Virus record (IMG/VR): IMGVR_UViG_3300044638_007100
From: a virus
Strand: one strand, 5' to 3'
DNA length: 64,000 nt
Positions within the stretch are counted from its first letter, which is position 1. The number at the start of each line of letters is the position of its first letter. A model generated the notes under the pieces. The model saw nothing but the letters and a program-made list of their open reading frames with translations, did no database searches and was not told the DNA's origin. A program made the translations under genes and the position numbers. Shown piece by piece: positions 44,196 to 54,443 of this stretch.

Positions 44196-45377
44196 TCATA
44201 GTTGGAATCCTGAGAAAGTATCTTTGGTAACATCTTGCTTGATTCCTCCAACAATGTACGATTCAACTTCGGTTTCTTGTGGCGCCACTTGAAGACCCTT
44301 AGAACTAATCCAATGTTCAGTCCAAGGAAGGGGATTATTCTTTGCCGGAATATCATAAAGAGGTTTCAGTCCGATTGCCTTCATTCTACGGTTAGCAATC
44401 CATTCAACATACTGCTGTAACAGTTTGTCATTTAGACCAATCATAGAACCATCTTTGAACAGATACTCTGCCCAAAGTTTTTCTTGATTGACAGCATTCT
44501 CAAAGGTCTTGTAGACCCACTGTTCTTCTTCTCTTGAAATACGTGCCATATCAGGATCATCACCCTCTTTCCATTTGTTTAGAATGTTCTGAGTAATGAC
44601 AAGGTGTTGATTCTCATCACGGGCAATTAGACCTATGATTTTTGCACTTCCTTCCATAAGCTTGAGTTCGCCAAATGCAAAACTGCAAGCAAAACTGACA
44701 TAAAAGCGAATACCTTCAAGTATATTAACATTTGCAACTGCTCTGAATAATTTGCGTTTGAGTTCATATCTTTCTTCTTGTGCGTAGGGAACTTGTTCTT
44801 GGGCATGTTTCCAAAGTTCAGAAGTTCCATAATGTTGAGCACTATTAATGAAGTCATTATATGCCTCAGTTACACTGACAGCACGTTCCATAATACGTTC
44901 GTCTTTCAGAATCGTATCAAAGACTTCAGAAGGATCTGAATAAACATTTTTGATAATATATGTATATGAACGGGAATGGATCATCTCCATAAACTCCCAC
45001 ACCTTCATACATGCTTCCAGTTCAGGAAGAGAACAGTAAGGAGCAAATGCCATACCAGGACCTCTTCCCTGAACAGAATCAAGCATAACCTGATACTTCA
45101 GATTACTGGTGAAAATATGCTTTTGTTCTGGGCGAAGAGATTGATAATCTCCTCTATCCTTTTGAAGAGAAACCTCTTCAGGTCTCCAAAAATATCCTAG
45201 TTGTTGAGTTGTTAATTTATCGAAGATTGGATATTTGTAAGAATCGTATCTTTGAATTCCTAGTGGTTGTCCAAAAAACATAGGAGATTTTTTTGTATCA
45301 ACTTCTTCAGAATTGAAAACTGTCATTTGATTGACCACATTCTTCTCCGCTAGTTTTGTCTTAAAGTTAAAATCCAT
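44196..45377 (-). CDS. nrdB: Ribonucleotide reductase class Ia beta subunit
   Basis: FWRPEEV; EMIHSRSY; ILEGIRFYVSFA; IARDENQH; APQETE. Confidence 0.97.
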   Translation of the reverse strand: MDFNFKTKLAEKNVVNQMTVFNSEEVDTKKSPMFFGQPLGIQRYDSYKYPIFDKLTTQQLGYFWRPEEVSLQKDRGDYQSLRPEQKHIFTSNLKYQVMLDSVQGRGPGMAFAPYCSLPELEACMKVWEFMEMIHSRSYTYIIKNVYSDPSEVFDTILKDERIMERAVSVTEAYNDFINSAQHYGTSELWKHAQEQVPYAQEERYELKRKLFRAVANVNILEGIRFYVSFACSFAFGELKLMEGSAKIIGLIARDENQHLVITQNILNKWKEGDDPDMARISREEEQWVYKTFENAVNQEKLWAEYLFKDGSMIGLNDKLLQQYVEWIANRRMKAIGLKPLYDIPAKNNPLPWTEHWISSKGLQVAPQETEVESYIVGGIKQDVTKDTFSGFQL

Positions 45378-45423
45378 AATTTTTTCTTCTCTAAATTAAC
45401 TCACACTTTTATATTTAATCAGG

Positions 45424-47721
45424 TCAGATTTTGCAACTTTCACAATCGTCTTCGCCAGAACTCATAATGTCATCAAGAAGAGATTGAAGTTGTTGTTTTG
45501 GTTCTTCAACTTCATCTGTCTTATTATCATAAGTGTTTTGATAGTATGCTGTTTTATGCCCCAATTTGAAACAAGTAAGCATATCCTGTGCCATTACGCT
45601 AACAGGAACCTCATTGTTCTCATAATTCTCTGGGTTATATGACCAGTTTCCAGAAATCGCCTGATCAAAGAATTTTTGCATAACAGCAACAATATTGATA
45701 TAACCACGATTGCTAGGCATATCCCAAAGAAGCGTATAATTGTTCTTAAGAGTATGATACTGTGGAACAATCTGCTTGAGCGGTCCCTTCTTCGACTTCT
45801 TAACGGACAGATATCCTCTGGGAGGTTCAATTCCGTTTGTTGCATTTGACACAACGGAACTACTCTCCGATGGCATCTGTGCGGACAGTGTTGAGTTCCT
45901 AACTCCATACTGTTTGACCTGTGCTCTAAGACTTTCCCAATCATACTTCAGATTATTTGGAACGATTTCATCAACGTCAGTTTTGTATGTATCAATGGGC
46001 AAAATACCATTACCATACTTGGTGCGATGAGAGTATTCACAGGCACCCTTTTCTTTAGCAAGATTGACAGTTGCCTGAATGAGATAGTATTGGAATGCCT
46101 CAGTCAGATCGTGAACTAATTGCCATGCCCCAGGATCGGCATAATTCTGCCCGTGCTTGGCAAGATAATGTGCCAAACCAATATAACCTACGCCAAGTGA
46201 CCTACGTGCTCTGGTGGCGATTTCTGCTGCTTTGACGGGGTATCTTTGAAAATCAATAAGTTCATCAAGACTCCTAACAGCAAGATCACAAAGAACTTCA
46301 AGATCTTCATTACTTTTAATTTTACCAACATTAATAGCAGAAAGAATACAAAGAGCAATTTCCCCATTTGGATCATCAATATGTTGAATCGGTTTTGTTG
46401 GAAGTGTGATTTCCTGACAAAGATTACTCATCTCAACTTTATCCATAAAGGAAGAGTGAGAGTTGCAGTGGTCAATATTCATAATGTAAATACGACCAGT
46501 TTCGGCACGTTCTTTTAGAAGATCCAGAAATAATTCTTGAGCGCCGATAGTTTTTCTTGGAATAGATCCATCTCGTTCATAACCCACATAAAGGTCGTCA
46601 AATCGATCAGTGCCAAAAGCATCATAAAGACCAGGAACGTCGTGTGGGGAGAAGAGTGTGATTTCTCCGTTTTGAATGAATCGTTCATAGAAAATTTTGC
46701 TGATTTGGATACTGTAGTCTAACTTACGAACACGGTTATCTTCGGTTCCTTTGTTATTTTTTAATACTAGGATGTCTTGGATTTCTTGGTGCCAGATTGG
46801 AAAGTGGACAGTTGCTGATCCACCACGGATGCCGTTTTGAGTGCAAGATCTGACAGTTGCCTGAAACTTTTGGAGGAATGGGATAACACCTGTATGAATA
46901 ACTTCTCCCCCTCTGATTTTACTGTTGATGCCACGGATTCTACCTGCATTGATGCCAATTCCTGCTCTTTGAGCAACATACCTAAAAATTGCAGAATCAC
47001 TAGACTCGATACTAGGCAAGGTGTCATCGACATCAACAAGAACGCAACTTGCATATTGGCGAAGTGGGGTTCTAACACCTGCCATGATTGGTGTGGGAAT
47101 GTTGATTTTATGTTTGGAGATTGCGTCATAATATCTCTTAACGTAATCTAGACGAGTTTCTTTTGGATACTTAGAAAAAATAGTTGCTGAAATCAAAAGG
47201 TACATAAACTGTGGGGTCTCATAAAGAGCACCACTACTCCTATCTTGAACAAGATACTTGTCCACTACTTGTCTAAGTCCTGCATAAGTGAACAAGTAGT
47301 CACGATCATGATCAATAAACGACTCAAGTTTCTCAAATTCTTCATCTGTGTAAAGATCAAGAATTTCTGAATCATAAACTCCGTCATCAACACAATCAAG
47401 AACGTGTTGCTTTACGGTTGGGAATTCATGCATACGTCCAAACAATTGCTTGCGAAGAGCAAACAGAAGAAGACGAGCAGCAACAAATTGATAATTAGGA
47501 TGATCCAGATCAATCAAATCAGAAGCAGAACGAATCAGAATTTCCTGAACCTCTGCTGTAGTAATTCCATCATAAAACTGAATTCCAGATTGCATTTCAA
47601 CTTGAGATGCAGAAACTCCAGCAAGATCCTTACAGGATTCTTCCACCATAACATGAAGTTTATTCAAATCAAGTGGTTCAGTATTTCCATTTCTTTTAGT
47701 GACTTTTGTTCCGTTGCTCAT
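45424..47721 (-). CDS. nrdA: Ribonucleotide reductase class Ia alpha subunit
   Basis: ATP cone; QYASCVL; SNLCQEI; MPSESSS; C-terminal CESC. Confidence 0.97.
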   Translation of the reverse strand: MSNGTKVTKRNGNTEPLDLNKLHVMVEESCKDLAGVSASQVEMQSGIQFYDGITTAEVQEILIRSASDLIDLDHPNYQFVAARLLLFALRKQLFGRMHEFPTVKQHVLDCVDDGVYDSEILDLYTDEEFEKLESFIDHDRDYLFTYAGLRQVVDKYLVQDRSSGALYETPQFMYLLISATIFSKYPKETRLDYVKRYYDAISKHKINIPTPIMAGVRTPLRQYASCVLVDVDDTLPSIESSDSAIFRYVAQRAGIGINAGRIRGINSKIRGGEVIHTGVIPFLQKFQATVRSCTQNGIRGGSATVHFPIWHQEIQDILVLKNNKGTEDNRVRKLDYSIQISKIFYERFIQNGEITLFSPHDVPGLYDAFGTDRFDDLYVGYERDGSIPRKTIGAQELFLDLLKERAETGRIYIMNIDHCNSHSSFMDKVEMSNLCQEITLPTKPIQHIDDPNGEIALCILSAINVGKIKSNEDLEVLCDLAVRSLDELIDFQRYPVKAAEIATRARRSLGVGYIGLAHYLAKHGQNYADPGAWQLVHDLTEAFQYYLIQATVNLAKEKGACEYSHRTKYGNGILPIDTYKTDVDEIVPNNLKYDWESLRAQVKQYGVRNSTLSAQMPSESSSVVSNATNGIEPPRGYLSVKKSKKGPLKQIVPQYHTLKNNYTLLWDMPSNRGYINIVAVMQKFFDQAISGNWSYNPENYENNEVPVSVMAQDMLTCFKLGHKTAYYQNTYDNKTDEVEEPKQQLQSLLDDIMSSGEDDCESCKI

Positions 47722-48716
47722 ATTTTCTTCCAATTGTTAAATTTGATTTTTGCTTCTAAACCTGAATATGTACTTGATTTTAACATATCCATAACGTTAT
47801 GTCCAGCGAGCACCATATCATTAATATCCTTTTGCTCTATGAATAATGGCCAAATAATTACCTTGTCTCCTCTGTTGATGGTTTTTGATATTCGGTTGAC
47901 GATTTCTCGATTACGTGGTTCGTTATCATAAACGTAAATATAATCGCACCAACCAAACGACCTAATATCAATATCGGACCCACACATAGCAATAGAGTTT
48001 TGTATGAACGTAGAGTCGAAAGGTCCTTCAACGATGTAAATGGGTTCCGAAGAATCCACTTGGTTGAGTCCATAAATTTTTGGTGCATCATCAGAAATCA
48101 TTACAGTGATGTATTTATTTGGAGAATAACCAAGTGCTCTTCCCTGAAATCCAATCAACTTAGAGTCAATTCCATATAAAGGTATAATAATGCGACTCTC
48201 ATCTTTATCAGTAGAATCAAATGTCTGTTTTTGAGTATTTGTCCACTCTTTAAATTTGTGAGCAAAGTAAAACTTTTCTGGGTTTATCTTTCTCTTCTCC
48301 AAATACTCTCTGGCAACTGGAATCTCTGATGCCTTTGGTAGATCCAACTTTTTCACGTTTTTGGAATTTTCACGTTTTATGAAAAAGTCTGGTTTCTGAA
48401 AATTGAACTTGGGTTCCTCGACCACAAAGTTCTTACCAGTATGCCCCTCCTTAAACTTCTCCATTGTATATTGCTTATGAAGAGTTGGATCTAGTTCTTT
48501 TAGAAAATTATTGAACGATAAACTAGCACCACAGTTGTGACACTTGAAATTAGTATTGTTCTTTACGGGATATAAGTATCCTCTAGTCTTATTCTTGTTC
48601 TTCTGAGAATCGCCACAAATAGGGCAGCGGAAGTTGTAGAGATCCGCCTTGACCCTTTTGAATTTCTGCAATCTTGAAGAAACTAGTCCGATGTATTTTG
48701 AGTCAATAAAATCCAT
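47718..48716 (-). CDS. gp61: DNA primase (T4 gp61)
   Basis: RCPICGD..CHNC; IVEGPFD; YDNE; KDIND. Confidence 0.95.
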   Translation of the reverse strand: MDFIDSKYIGLVSSRLQKFKRVKADLYNFRCPICGDSQKNKNKTRGYLYPVKNNTNFKCHNCGASLSFNNFLKELDPTLHKQYTMEKFKEGHTGKNFVVEEPKFNFQKPDFFIKRENSKNVKKLDLPKASEIPVAREYLEKRKINPEKFYFAHKFKEWTNTQKQTFDSTDKDESRIIIPLYGIDSKLIGFQGRALGYSPNKYITVMISDDAPKIYGLNQVDSSEPIYIVEGPFDSTFIQNSIAMCGSDIDIRSFGWCDYIYVYDNEPRNREIVNRISKTINRGDKVIIWPLFIEQKDINDMVLAGHNVMDMLKSSTYSGLEAKIKFNNWKKI

Positions 48717-48763
48717 TCACATGGTCATCAGGACTCCTAGTTTAACACAAGATTATGAGGTTG

Positions 48764-49201
48764 TCAATCGGAAACATTTTGCTGATGCAAGTGCCCCTGG
48801 CGCTGCATTTGCATTTCTGATGGTGTCCACCAACCTGATAAGAGAGAAGCAAATGCTCCAATTAAAACAACTAAAAGAACTCCACAACCTGCAGTCATCC
48901 ACTTAATTTTTGAAACATCATCAATTTCGTTTTCAAGATCATCCATTCTTTTAGATAATGCGGCAGAATTTTCTTTATTTTCAGATTTCAAATCTTCAAT
49001 CATTTTGATAATAATTTGATCATTCTTATAATTCTGATCAATTCTTTCGTCATGCTTAGTAAGAATCGTCGCTATCCGATTATTACTTTCGGATATTTTG
49101 TCTACTGCCGATTCTAGCTTTGATAGCATCTCGCGGGAAAGATCTTCGTACATACTGAGTTTTGATTCAAGAACCGCTAATTTTGATACTTGACTGAACA
49201 T
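48764..49201 (-). CDS. Coiled-coil protein with C-terminal membrane helix
   Basis: 145 aa. Confidence 0.6.
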   Translation of the reverse strand: MFSQVSKLAVLESKLSMYEDLSREMLSKLESAVDKISESNNRIATILTKHDERIDQNYKNDQIIIKMIEDLKSENKENSAALSKRMDDLENEIDDVSKIKWMTAGCGVLLVVLIGAFASLLSGWWTPSEMQMQRQGHLHQQNVSD

Positions 49202-49254
49202 CTCTCTAAAGTTGTAAGTTACTTTTTAATAATGTAACCCATTTCTTATATTTA

Positions 49255-49491
49255 TTATGGTTTTCTTCTTTGCATCCTGGCAAGATTTTTAAAGAAGGGA
49301 TTCCAACTTCTATGTTTTCTTAAATCAACTGGGGGACTGTCCCCAGCTTGACTAGTTCCTGCTATTTTACCACCAGAAAGAGAATTTGTTGGCCCTCCAG
49401 AAACAACTCCACCTTCCTCTTTCAAATTGTGAATAATTTGTATCAATTTATCTACTTTATTCATTAGATTATTTGGAGTTGAGAAAGACAT
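49255..49491 (-). CDS. Hypothetical protein
   Basis: 78 aa; PTNS...IAG. Confidence 0.55.
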   Translation of the reverse strand: MSFSTPNNLMNKVDKLIQIIHNLKEEGGVVSGGPTNSLSGGKIAGTSQAGDSPPVDLRKHRSWNPFFKNLARMQRRKP

Positions 49492-49835
49492 TCTTCATCT
49501 TCTATAATATCGTGAATTTGAGTTTTCGGATATTCGGGAAGACGATTTAAAAATAAAAGAAAACTTTTTATAAAAGGCCAAAGTTCTCTATCTAAATTAT
49601 AAAAAAGCAATGGAACCGCAGCATCATTAAAAACATTAAAAAGAACGGTAAGGTGATTTAATATTAAATGAGTCTTTAAAATTCCAGTATTTTTGTATTT
49701 TTTTAAAAGTCTTTTAATGTATTTAATTCTCTTCAAATCATCCTCAAAATCTTCTTTTGTTAAAGCTTGAGGATTATTATAGAATTTTATAGCAAATAGC
49801 AAATAATTATCTTGATTCAATTCATCAAATCTCAT
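49464..49835 (-). CDS. Conserved T4-like hypothetical protein
   Basis: NYLLFAIKFYNNP..F.DDLKRIKYIKRL..LNH. Confidence 0.75.
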   Translation of the reverse strand: MRFDELNQDNYLLFAIKFYNNPQALTKEDFEDDLKRIKYIKRLLKKYKNTGILKTHLILNHLTVLFNVFNDAAVPLLFYNLDRELWPFIKSFLLFLNRLPEYPKTQIHDIIEDEECLSQLQII

Positions 49836-49844
49836 ATGTTATTA

Positions 49845-50411
49845 TCAGCTATCTGGATATCTGGTATCGTCATCAGCATCGCCAGTAATACTACTACCAG
49901 CAACTAATGTTTCGGTTTTAACTCTGAAGTTTCCGTGACTATCAATATATGTAGTAACACCAACCCAACCAGCGTGAGTGGGAGCATACTTACGAGCATC
50001 TCCAGTTGCAGCATTTGCAACACTTACTTCTTCTGTACTTACACCGACAACGGCAGTGAATACTGGACTTGTTGAATATCCGACAGTCTTGGACTGTGGT
50101 GCTCTATAAACCGAATCTACAACGGCATAAAGTGGTTCTTCGGAAATAAAGTATGAAGTTCCGGCAGGAACAGTTGTAAGACCAGAAACAAAACCTTCGG
50201 TAGAAGCAATTGAAATAGTTGTGGAAGTAAATCCGGTTATTACTGCATAACCATAAGTTGCTCCAGCACCAACCGTAATCACATCACTAGTTGAAATACC
50301 TGAAGTTGTAAATGTAACAACACCAACAGTACCAGTTACTGTTTTGGTGCCAAGATTAACGGCAACAGTACCGTCAGAATAAACTAAATCTTTATTACCC
50401 CAAAGAGACAT
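49845..50411 (-). CDS. Probable virion structural protein
   Basis: MSLWGN; HAGWV; KTETLVA; TATAAATA upstream. Confidence 0.65.
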   Translation of the reverse strand: MSLWGNKDLVYSDGTVAVNLGTKTVTGTVGVVTFTTSGISTSDVITVGAGATYGYAVITGFTSTTISIASTEGFVSGLTTVPAGTSYFISEEPLYAVVDSVYRAPQSKTVGYSTSPVFTAVVGVSTEEVSVANAATGDARKYAPTHAGWVGVTTYIDSHGNFRVKTETLVAGSSITGDADDDTRYPDS

Positions 50412-50498
50412 GTGTCTTACCCTTAATTCTTTTATATTGATATTTATAAAAAAAGGAGACCTTAAGTTTGGTCTCCCTGTTTATTTAAAGTAATATTA

Positions 50499-50687
50499 TC
50501 ATCCAGCACTTTTGGACTTCAAGTATTTTTGTACCTGAATAATAACAAAGGAAACAATTCCATTTGCCTTAACTCTTGAATCTGCTCCAAGAACCTCAGA
50601 AATTGCCAAAAGAATACCAAGAATAAGTTGAACATTTGCTGCACTTAATCCATTACCAATAGTTGCTAGTAAGAATGCGGTAGTCAT
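50499..50687 (-). CDS. Small membrane protein
   Basis: LLAISEVLG..VKANGI. Confidence 0.55.
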   Translation of the reverse strand: MTTAFLLATIGNGLSAANVQLILGILLAISEVLGADSRVKANGIVSFVIIQVQKYLKSKSAG

Positions 50688-50728
50688 AATAATCTCCGTG
50701 TGAAAGAGTATCCTGTACTATTTAGGAA

Positions 50729-52294
50729 TCAATCAAATCTTGAGTGCATCATGTCGTCATTTGCTGCTAGTGATCTTCTTCTTCTTCTTTCTGCAACGTT
50801 ATCTGCCGGAGTCACTGCTGGTCTTTGAGGTTCTACAGGACCTGTACGATCTTTTTTTACTCCTCTTCCTTGTTTATGCTGAGCAACAGTCCCACCACTT
50901 CTAGTCATAAATCCTGTTTCATTTTGACCTCTTACAATCATCAAAGCTGGATCTGGTTTACGTCTTGGTTTACCTTCTTCCTTCCTTTGTCTTGTTCTTT
51001 CATCAATTATTTCACCTTCTGGTTCATAAGATGCTGCCATCACAATAGGATTTTTTACTCCCATTGATTGCAATTTACTAGCAATCAAACTTTTGGTTGT
51101 TGGAAGTGATCTTTTATCAATTTCCTTTTTATTATTTTCACTACCACATTCAGATTCTTCTTTCATTGCTTGCTTACGAATTGAAGCAAAATAAACTTTT
51201 TTTCCATTTTCTGTACCATATTGGTCTTGCATTGATGCTTTCATGCCAGAAGAGTCATACTTTTTCTTTAGTTTTTTTTCTTTTGTTTTTGCTGCTTTTG
51301 TCATCTTTTTTTCCTGAAGCATTCCAAGAAACTTAGAATATCCAGTTTCAGAAATTACTTCACCACTCAATTCAGTATGTGCCAACACAGTATTGTTTGG
51401 ATTTACTGTAATTTTATTTTTTTTATTCGCAGGTAAAATATCTATTTGAACATTATTTGAATCTTGATTCAAATATTCTGAAGCATCAGTTTGAGGTAAA
51501 TTTGACATTTTTGATACTTCACCAATAAATTCTTCCTTTACACTTGAAGTATCTTTTCCGTCAGGTTTTCCACCTCTTCTACGTTGAATTGCATTATGAA
51601 CTGCTCCAGCATGTTCCTTTGCACCACTTTCAACTTTACCATCACCATCATAATCTTTCTTTGCTCTTTTACCAAGAACTTCGGCAGTTTTTTCACCTTT
51701 AGTTCTTTCACCTTCATATGGATCTCCATATTCGGTCATTTCAACCTCTAGTCCTCGTGCTCTAAGTTGACTAATTTTTTCACGAGTTGCATATCTAACA
51801 TAAGTAACACTATTTTCCTTATCAGTGACTCTTACCTTATACTTTTTAGATTCTGAGGTTTGATTTGCGTCTTCCTCTAATCTACTCTTAATTTCATCAA
51901 TATCAATGACTTCATTTTTCTTTTCTACAAATACTTTATAAAGTGCTTTTGCCATTGAACTGGATGCAGATTCTTTCATATCCATACTAAAGTCTTCTGC
52001 TTGCATTCCCTCAGATCCACCAAAAAGTTTTTTTCTTACTTCCGATTTTTCTGCTTCGCCCATTGAACTATTTTGCATAAACTGAGAGTATGCAGATCTC
52101 AATGGAATATTTTCTCTTCTTGCACGATAACGAATATCATATACTGCTTGTCTAATTTTTTGTTCTGGCGTTTTTTCTCCCCCCTTATCATCATCTCTAC
52201 CAGAATCTCTACTTTCTGGTTTCTTATTTTGGGAAGATAATTGTGCCTGGGGATGACTTCTTGCAGGAAGATCTTCAGCAATATGTTTTTTCAT
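50729..52294 (-). CDS. Large charged hypothetical protein
   Basis: 521 aa; DYDGDGKVES motif. Confidence 0.6.
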   Translation of the reverse strand: MKKHIAEDLPARSHPQAQLSSQNKKPESRDSGRDDDKGGEKTPEQKIRQAVYDIRYRARRENIPLRSAYSQFMQNSSMGEAEKSEVRKKLFGGSEGMQAEDFSMDMKESASSSMAKALYKVFVEKKNEVIDIDEIKSRLEEDANQTSESKKYKVRVTDKENSVTYVRYATREKISQLRARGLEVEMTEYGDPYEGERTKGEKTAEVLGKRAKKDYDGDGKVESGAKEHAGAVHNAIQRRRGGKPDGKDTSSVKEEFIGEVSKMSNLPQTDASEYLNQDSNNVQIDILPANKKNKITVNPNNTVLAHTELSGEVISETGYSKFLGMLQEKKMTKAAKTKEKKLKKKYDSSGMKASMQDQYGTENGKKVYFASIRKQAMKEESECGSENNKKEIDKRSLPTTKSLIASKLQSMGVKNPIVMAASYEPEGEIIDERTRQRKEEGKPRRKPDPALMIVRGQNETGFMTRSGGTVAQHKQGRGVKKDRTGPVEPQRPAVTPADNVAERRRRRSLAANDDMMHSRFD

Positions 52295-52311
52295 ATGAAG
52301 AATTTAACGTT

Positions 52312-53538
52312 TTACTTTTTCCTATTTTTATTTATCATATTTACACTATAAGGTTTTCCAGGAAGTCTCATCAATTTGGACATATACTTTTCAGAGTATG
52401 ATTCCTTAACATCTTTGATCCAGGATTTAAACATCATACCACCTTCAGATACGCAAATTAAATAATTTGTTCCTCTACGAGTTATCTTACCTATCATTCC
52501 AGTATTTAAATTTTCTACAAAAGTTCCAAGTTTAAAAATATTTCCATCAATATAATTTTCTCTTAAAGATTGTAAATCATATTCTGGAGCAATTTCCCAA
52601 ATATTATATCCTTCTTGTTGCATTTCCAAAATTCCCATTCCTTGACGAACCAAATCAAAAAGTTGCAACGCATCTTTATTTTTAATTTTAGGAGGAAGTC
52701 CAGAACGAAATGTCATAAAATCACCTTCAGCAGCAGCAAGTCTAAGTCTAGATGAAGATAATCCTTCTACATTTTTAGTATCTGGATCCTCATTTTCCAA
52801 AGGCAATACTTCAATTACATCAAACTGATATAGTTGCCCATTATAATTATTTGCCAATTTTTCAAATTCTTTTGATCTATCAGATCCACATACAATCCTT
52901 ACATTAGTATAACCATCATTATGAACCTTTTTTAAAACATCAAAGATTGATATAAAATTTGCATCATTTACAATTCTTTCACTATGATCTGGAAAAATCT
53001 TTCTCATAAATGATATTTTGGTATCAGGATCTAATGGATTCTTTTTTGCATCATAACTTCTAGATGGTACAACAATATAATCCCCATCCTCTTCCATTGC
53101 AATCATTGCAGCAGTATCCATCAATTGCTGATGCCCCACGGTTGGAGGATTGAAACGACCAAAAGCAATTGTTAGAGTTCCTTTAGTTTTTGGAACTGCT
53201 GGAGGAGTTATAACTGGTTCTTGTTGAGGAACAGGTTCTTCTTGAGGAACAGGTTCTTGCTGAACTGCCTGCTGTTCTGGTGGAATCTGAGGTGTTTGTT
53301 GAGTAGGATAAGAAGATCCCAATGGGATATTTTTTTCAAATTCAGATTGAGATGGATCTTTTCCACCAATAATTTGCCTTTTATTAAAATACTTTAATTG
53401 TCCACTGACAGTTTTTGCTTCAAACTCGCCAGTGGCTCTATTATACCATCCACCATGGCCATCACCAACAAGTCCAAGTCTTTTTGCTTGAACTGATGCT
53501 GAGGTTGCTTCAGTTATAAACTGGAGAAATGTTTTCAT
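52312..53538 (-). CDS. Cytidylyltransferase-like (HIGH superfamily) protein
   Basis: FGRFNPPTVGH; CGSDR; SSSRLR; N-terminal MKTFLQFITE. Confidence 0.8.
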   Translation of the reverse strand: MKTFLQFITEATSASVQAKRLGLVGDGHGGWYNRATGEFEAKTVSGQLKYFNKRQIIGGKDPSQSEFEKNIPLGSSYPTQQTPQIPPEQQAVQQEPVPQEEPVPQQEPVITPPAVPKTKGTLTIAFGRFNPPTVGHQQLMDTAAMIAMEEDGDYIVVPSRSYDAKKNPLDPDTKISFMRKIFPDHSERIVNDANFISIFDVLKKVHNDGYTNVRIVCGSDRSKEFEKLANNYNGQLYQFDVIEVLPLENEDPDTKNVEGLSSSRLRLAAAEGDFMTFRSGLPPKIKNKDALQLFDLVRQGMGILEMQQEGYNIWEIAPEYDLQSLRENYIDGNIFKLGTFVENLNTGMIGKITRRGTNYLICVSEGGMMFKSWIKDVKESYSEKYMSKLMRLPGKPYSVNMINKNRKK

Positions 53539-53603
53539 TCTTTAATATATTATAAATCTAATAAGATCTGTATAATATATTTATTCATTAATGAAAACTG
53601 CGT

Positions 53604-54011
53604 TCATCTTATAGGCATAAGATCAAATAGTTCTGGGTGTAGGGAACCATATTTTCTCATGATTTCACCTGCTTTTGCATTTGCTTGATTCTCTAATGGA
53701 CTTCCGGCATGAGAACTTCTATGATGAATACTTCTTTCCGTATGTTGTTTATAATGAACAAACTCATGAGCAAGGGTTCTTAAGATATCCATGGGATGAC
53801 GATTAACAACGCTTAGATGAATTGCATTTTTGTTTGATATTTGACCAAATGCTTTAATTGTTTTTGCGAAGTCTGCATCATCCACAAGAATAACTGGAAT
53901 ATCATAAGTAAGTTGAAGTTCTCTTTTAAGGAAGATCTTAAAACTTTTAAGAATTAAATCAAATTGAATTCTTGTAGTTGGTCTTCCTTTTCTTTTTCCA
54001 ATCAAGGACAT
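53604..54011 (-). CDS. Zincin-like metallopeptidase
   Basis: LRTLAHEFVHYKQ...ENQANA. Confidence 0.7.
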   Translation of the reverse strand: MSLIGKRKGRPTTRIQFDLILKSFKIFLKRELQLTYDIPVILVDDADFAKTIKAFGQISNKNAIHLSVVNRHPMDILRTLAHEFVHYKQHTERSIHHRSSHAGSPLENQANAKAGEIMRKYGSLHPELFDLMPIR

Positions 54012-54026
54012 TTTTTGAAATATTTA

Positions 54027-54443
54027 TTATCTATCGTCAGCAGCACGGTTTTCTGAAAAATAAACATCAAAAGCACCTTCAGGATAACGCTTGAGAAGTT
54101 TTTGTACGTTACGAGCAACGACATCATCAAGAGTTACATTAAGTGCAATACAAGCTTGAGCAACATACCACATAATATCACCCAGTTCAATGATCAAGTG
54201 CTCGCGGTTGTCTTCATTATAAGGTTTCCCCTGAAAGACCATTTTCTTAATGATCTCAAGGAATTCTCCACCTTCGGCATTGATACCAACACCTGCGGTA
54301 AGAAGACGTTCAATATTAGCACCTTTCTCATCCAGTTGAACCAAACGATCAGAAAGAGCAAGAAAATCTTTAGATGCGTCACTTGTGACTATATCTACAA
54401 ACTCAGCATATTTATTAAAATTAACGTGTCTAGCAGTTTCCAT
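54027..54443 (-). CDS. mazG: MazG nucleotide pyrophosphohydrolase
   Basis: NAEGGEFLEIIKK; IELGDIMWY; N..KL..RYP. Confidence 0.92.
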   Translation of the reverse strand: METARHVNFNKYAEFVDIVTSDASKDFLALSDRLVQLDEKGANIERLLTAGVGINAEGGEFLEIIKKMVFQGKPYNEDNREHLIIELGDIMWYVAQACIALNVTLDDVVARNVQKLLKRYPEGAFDVYFSENRAADDR

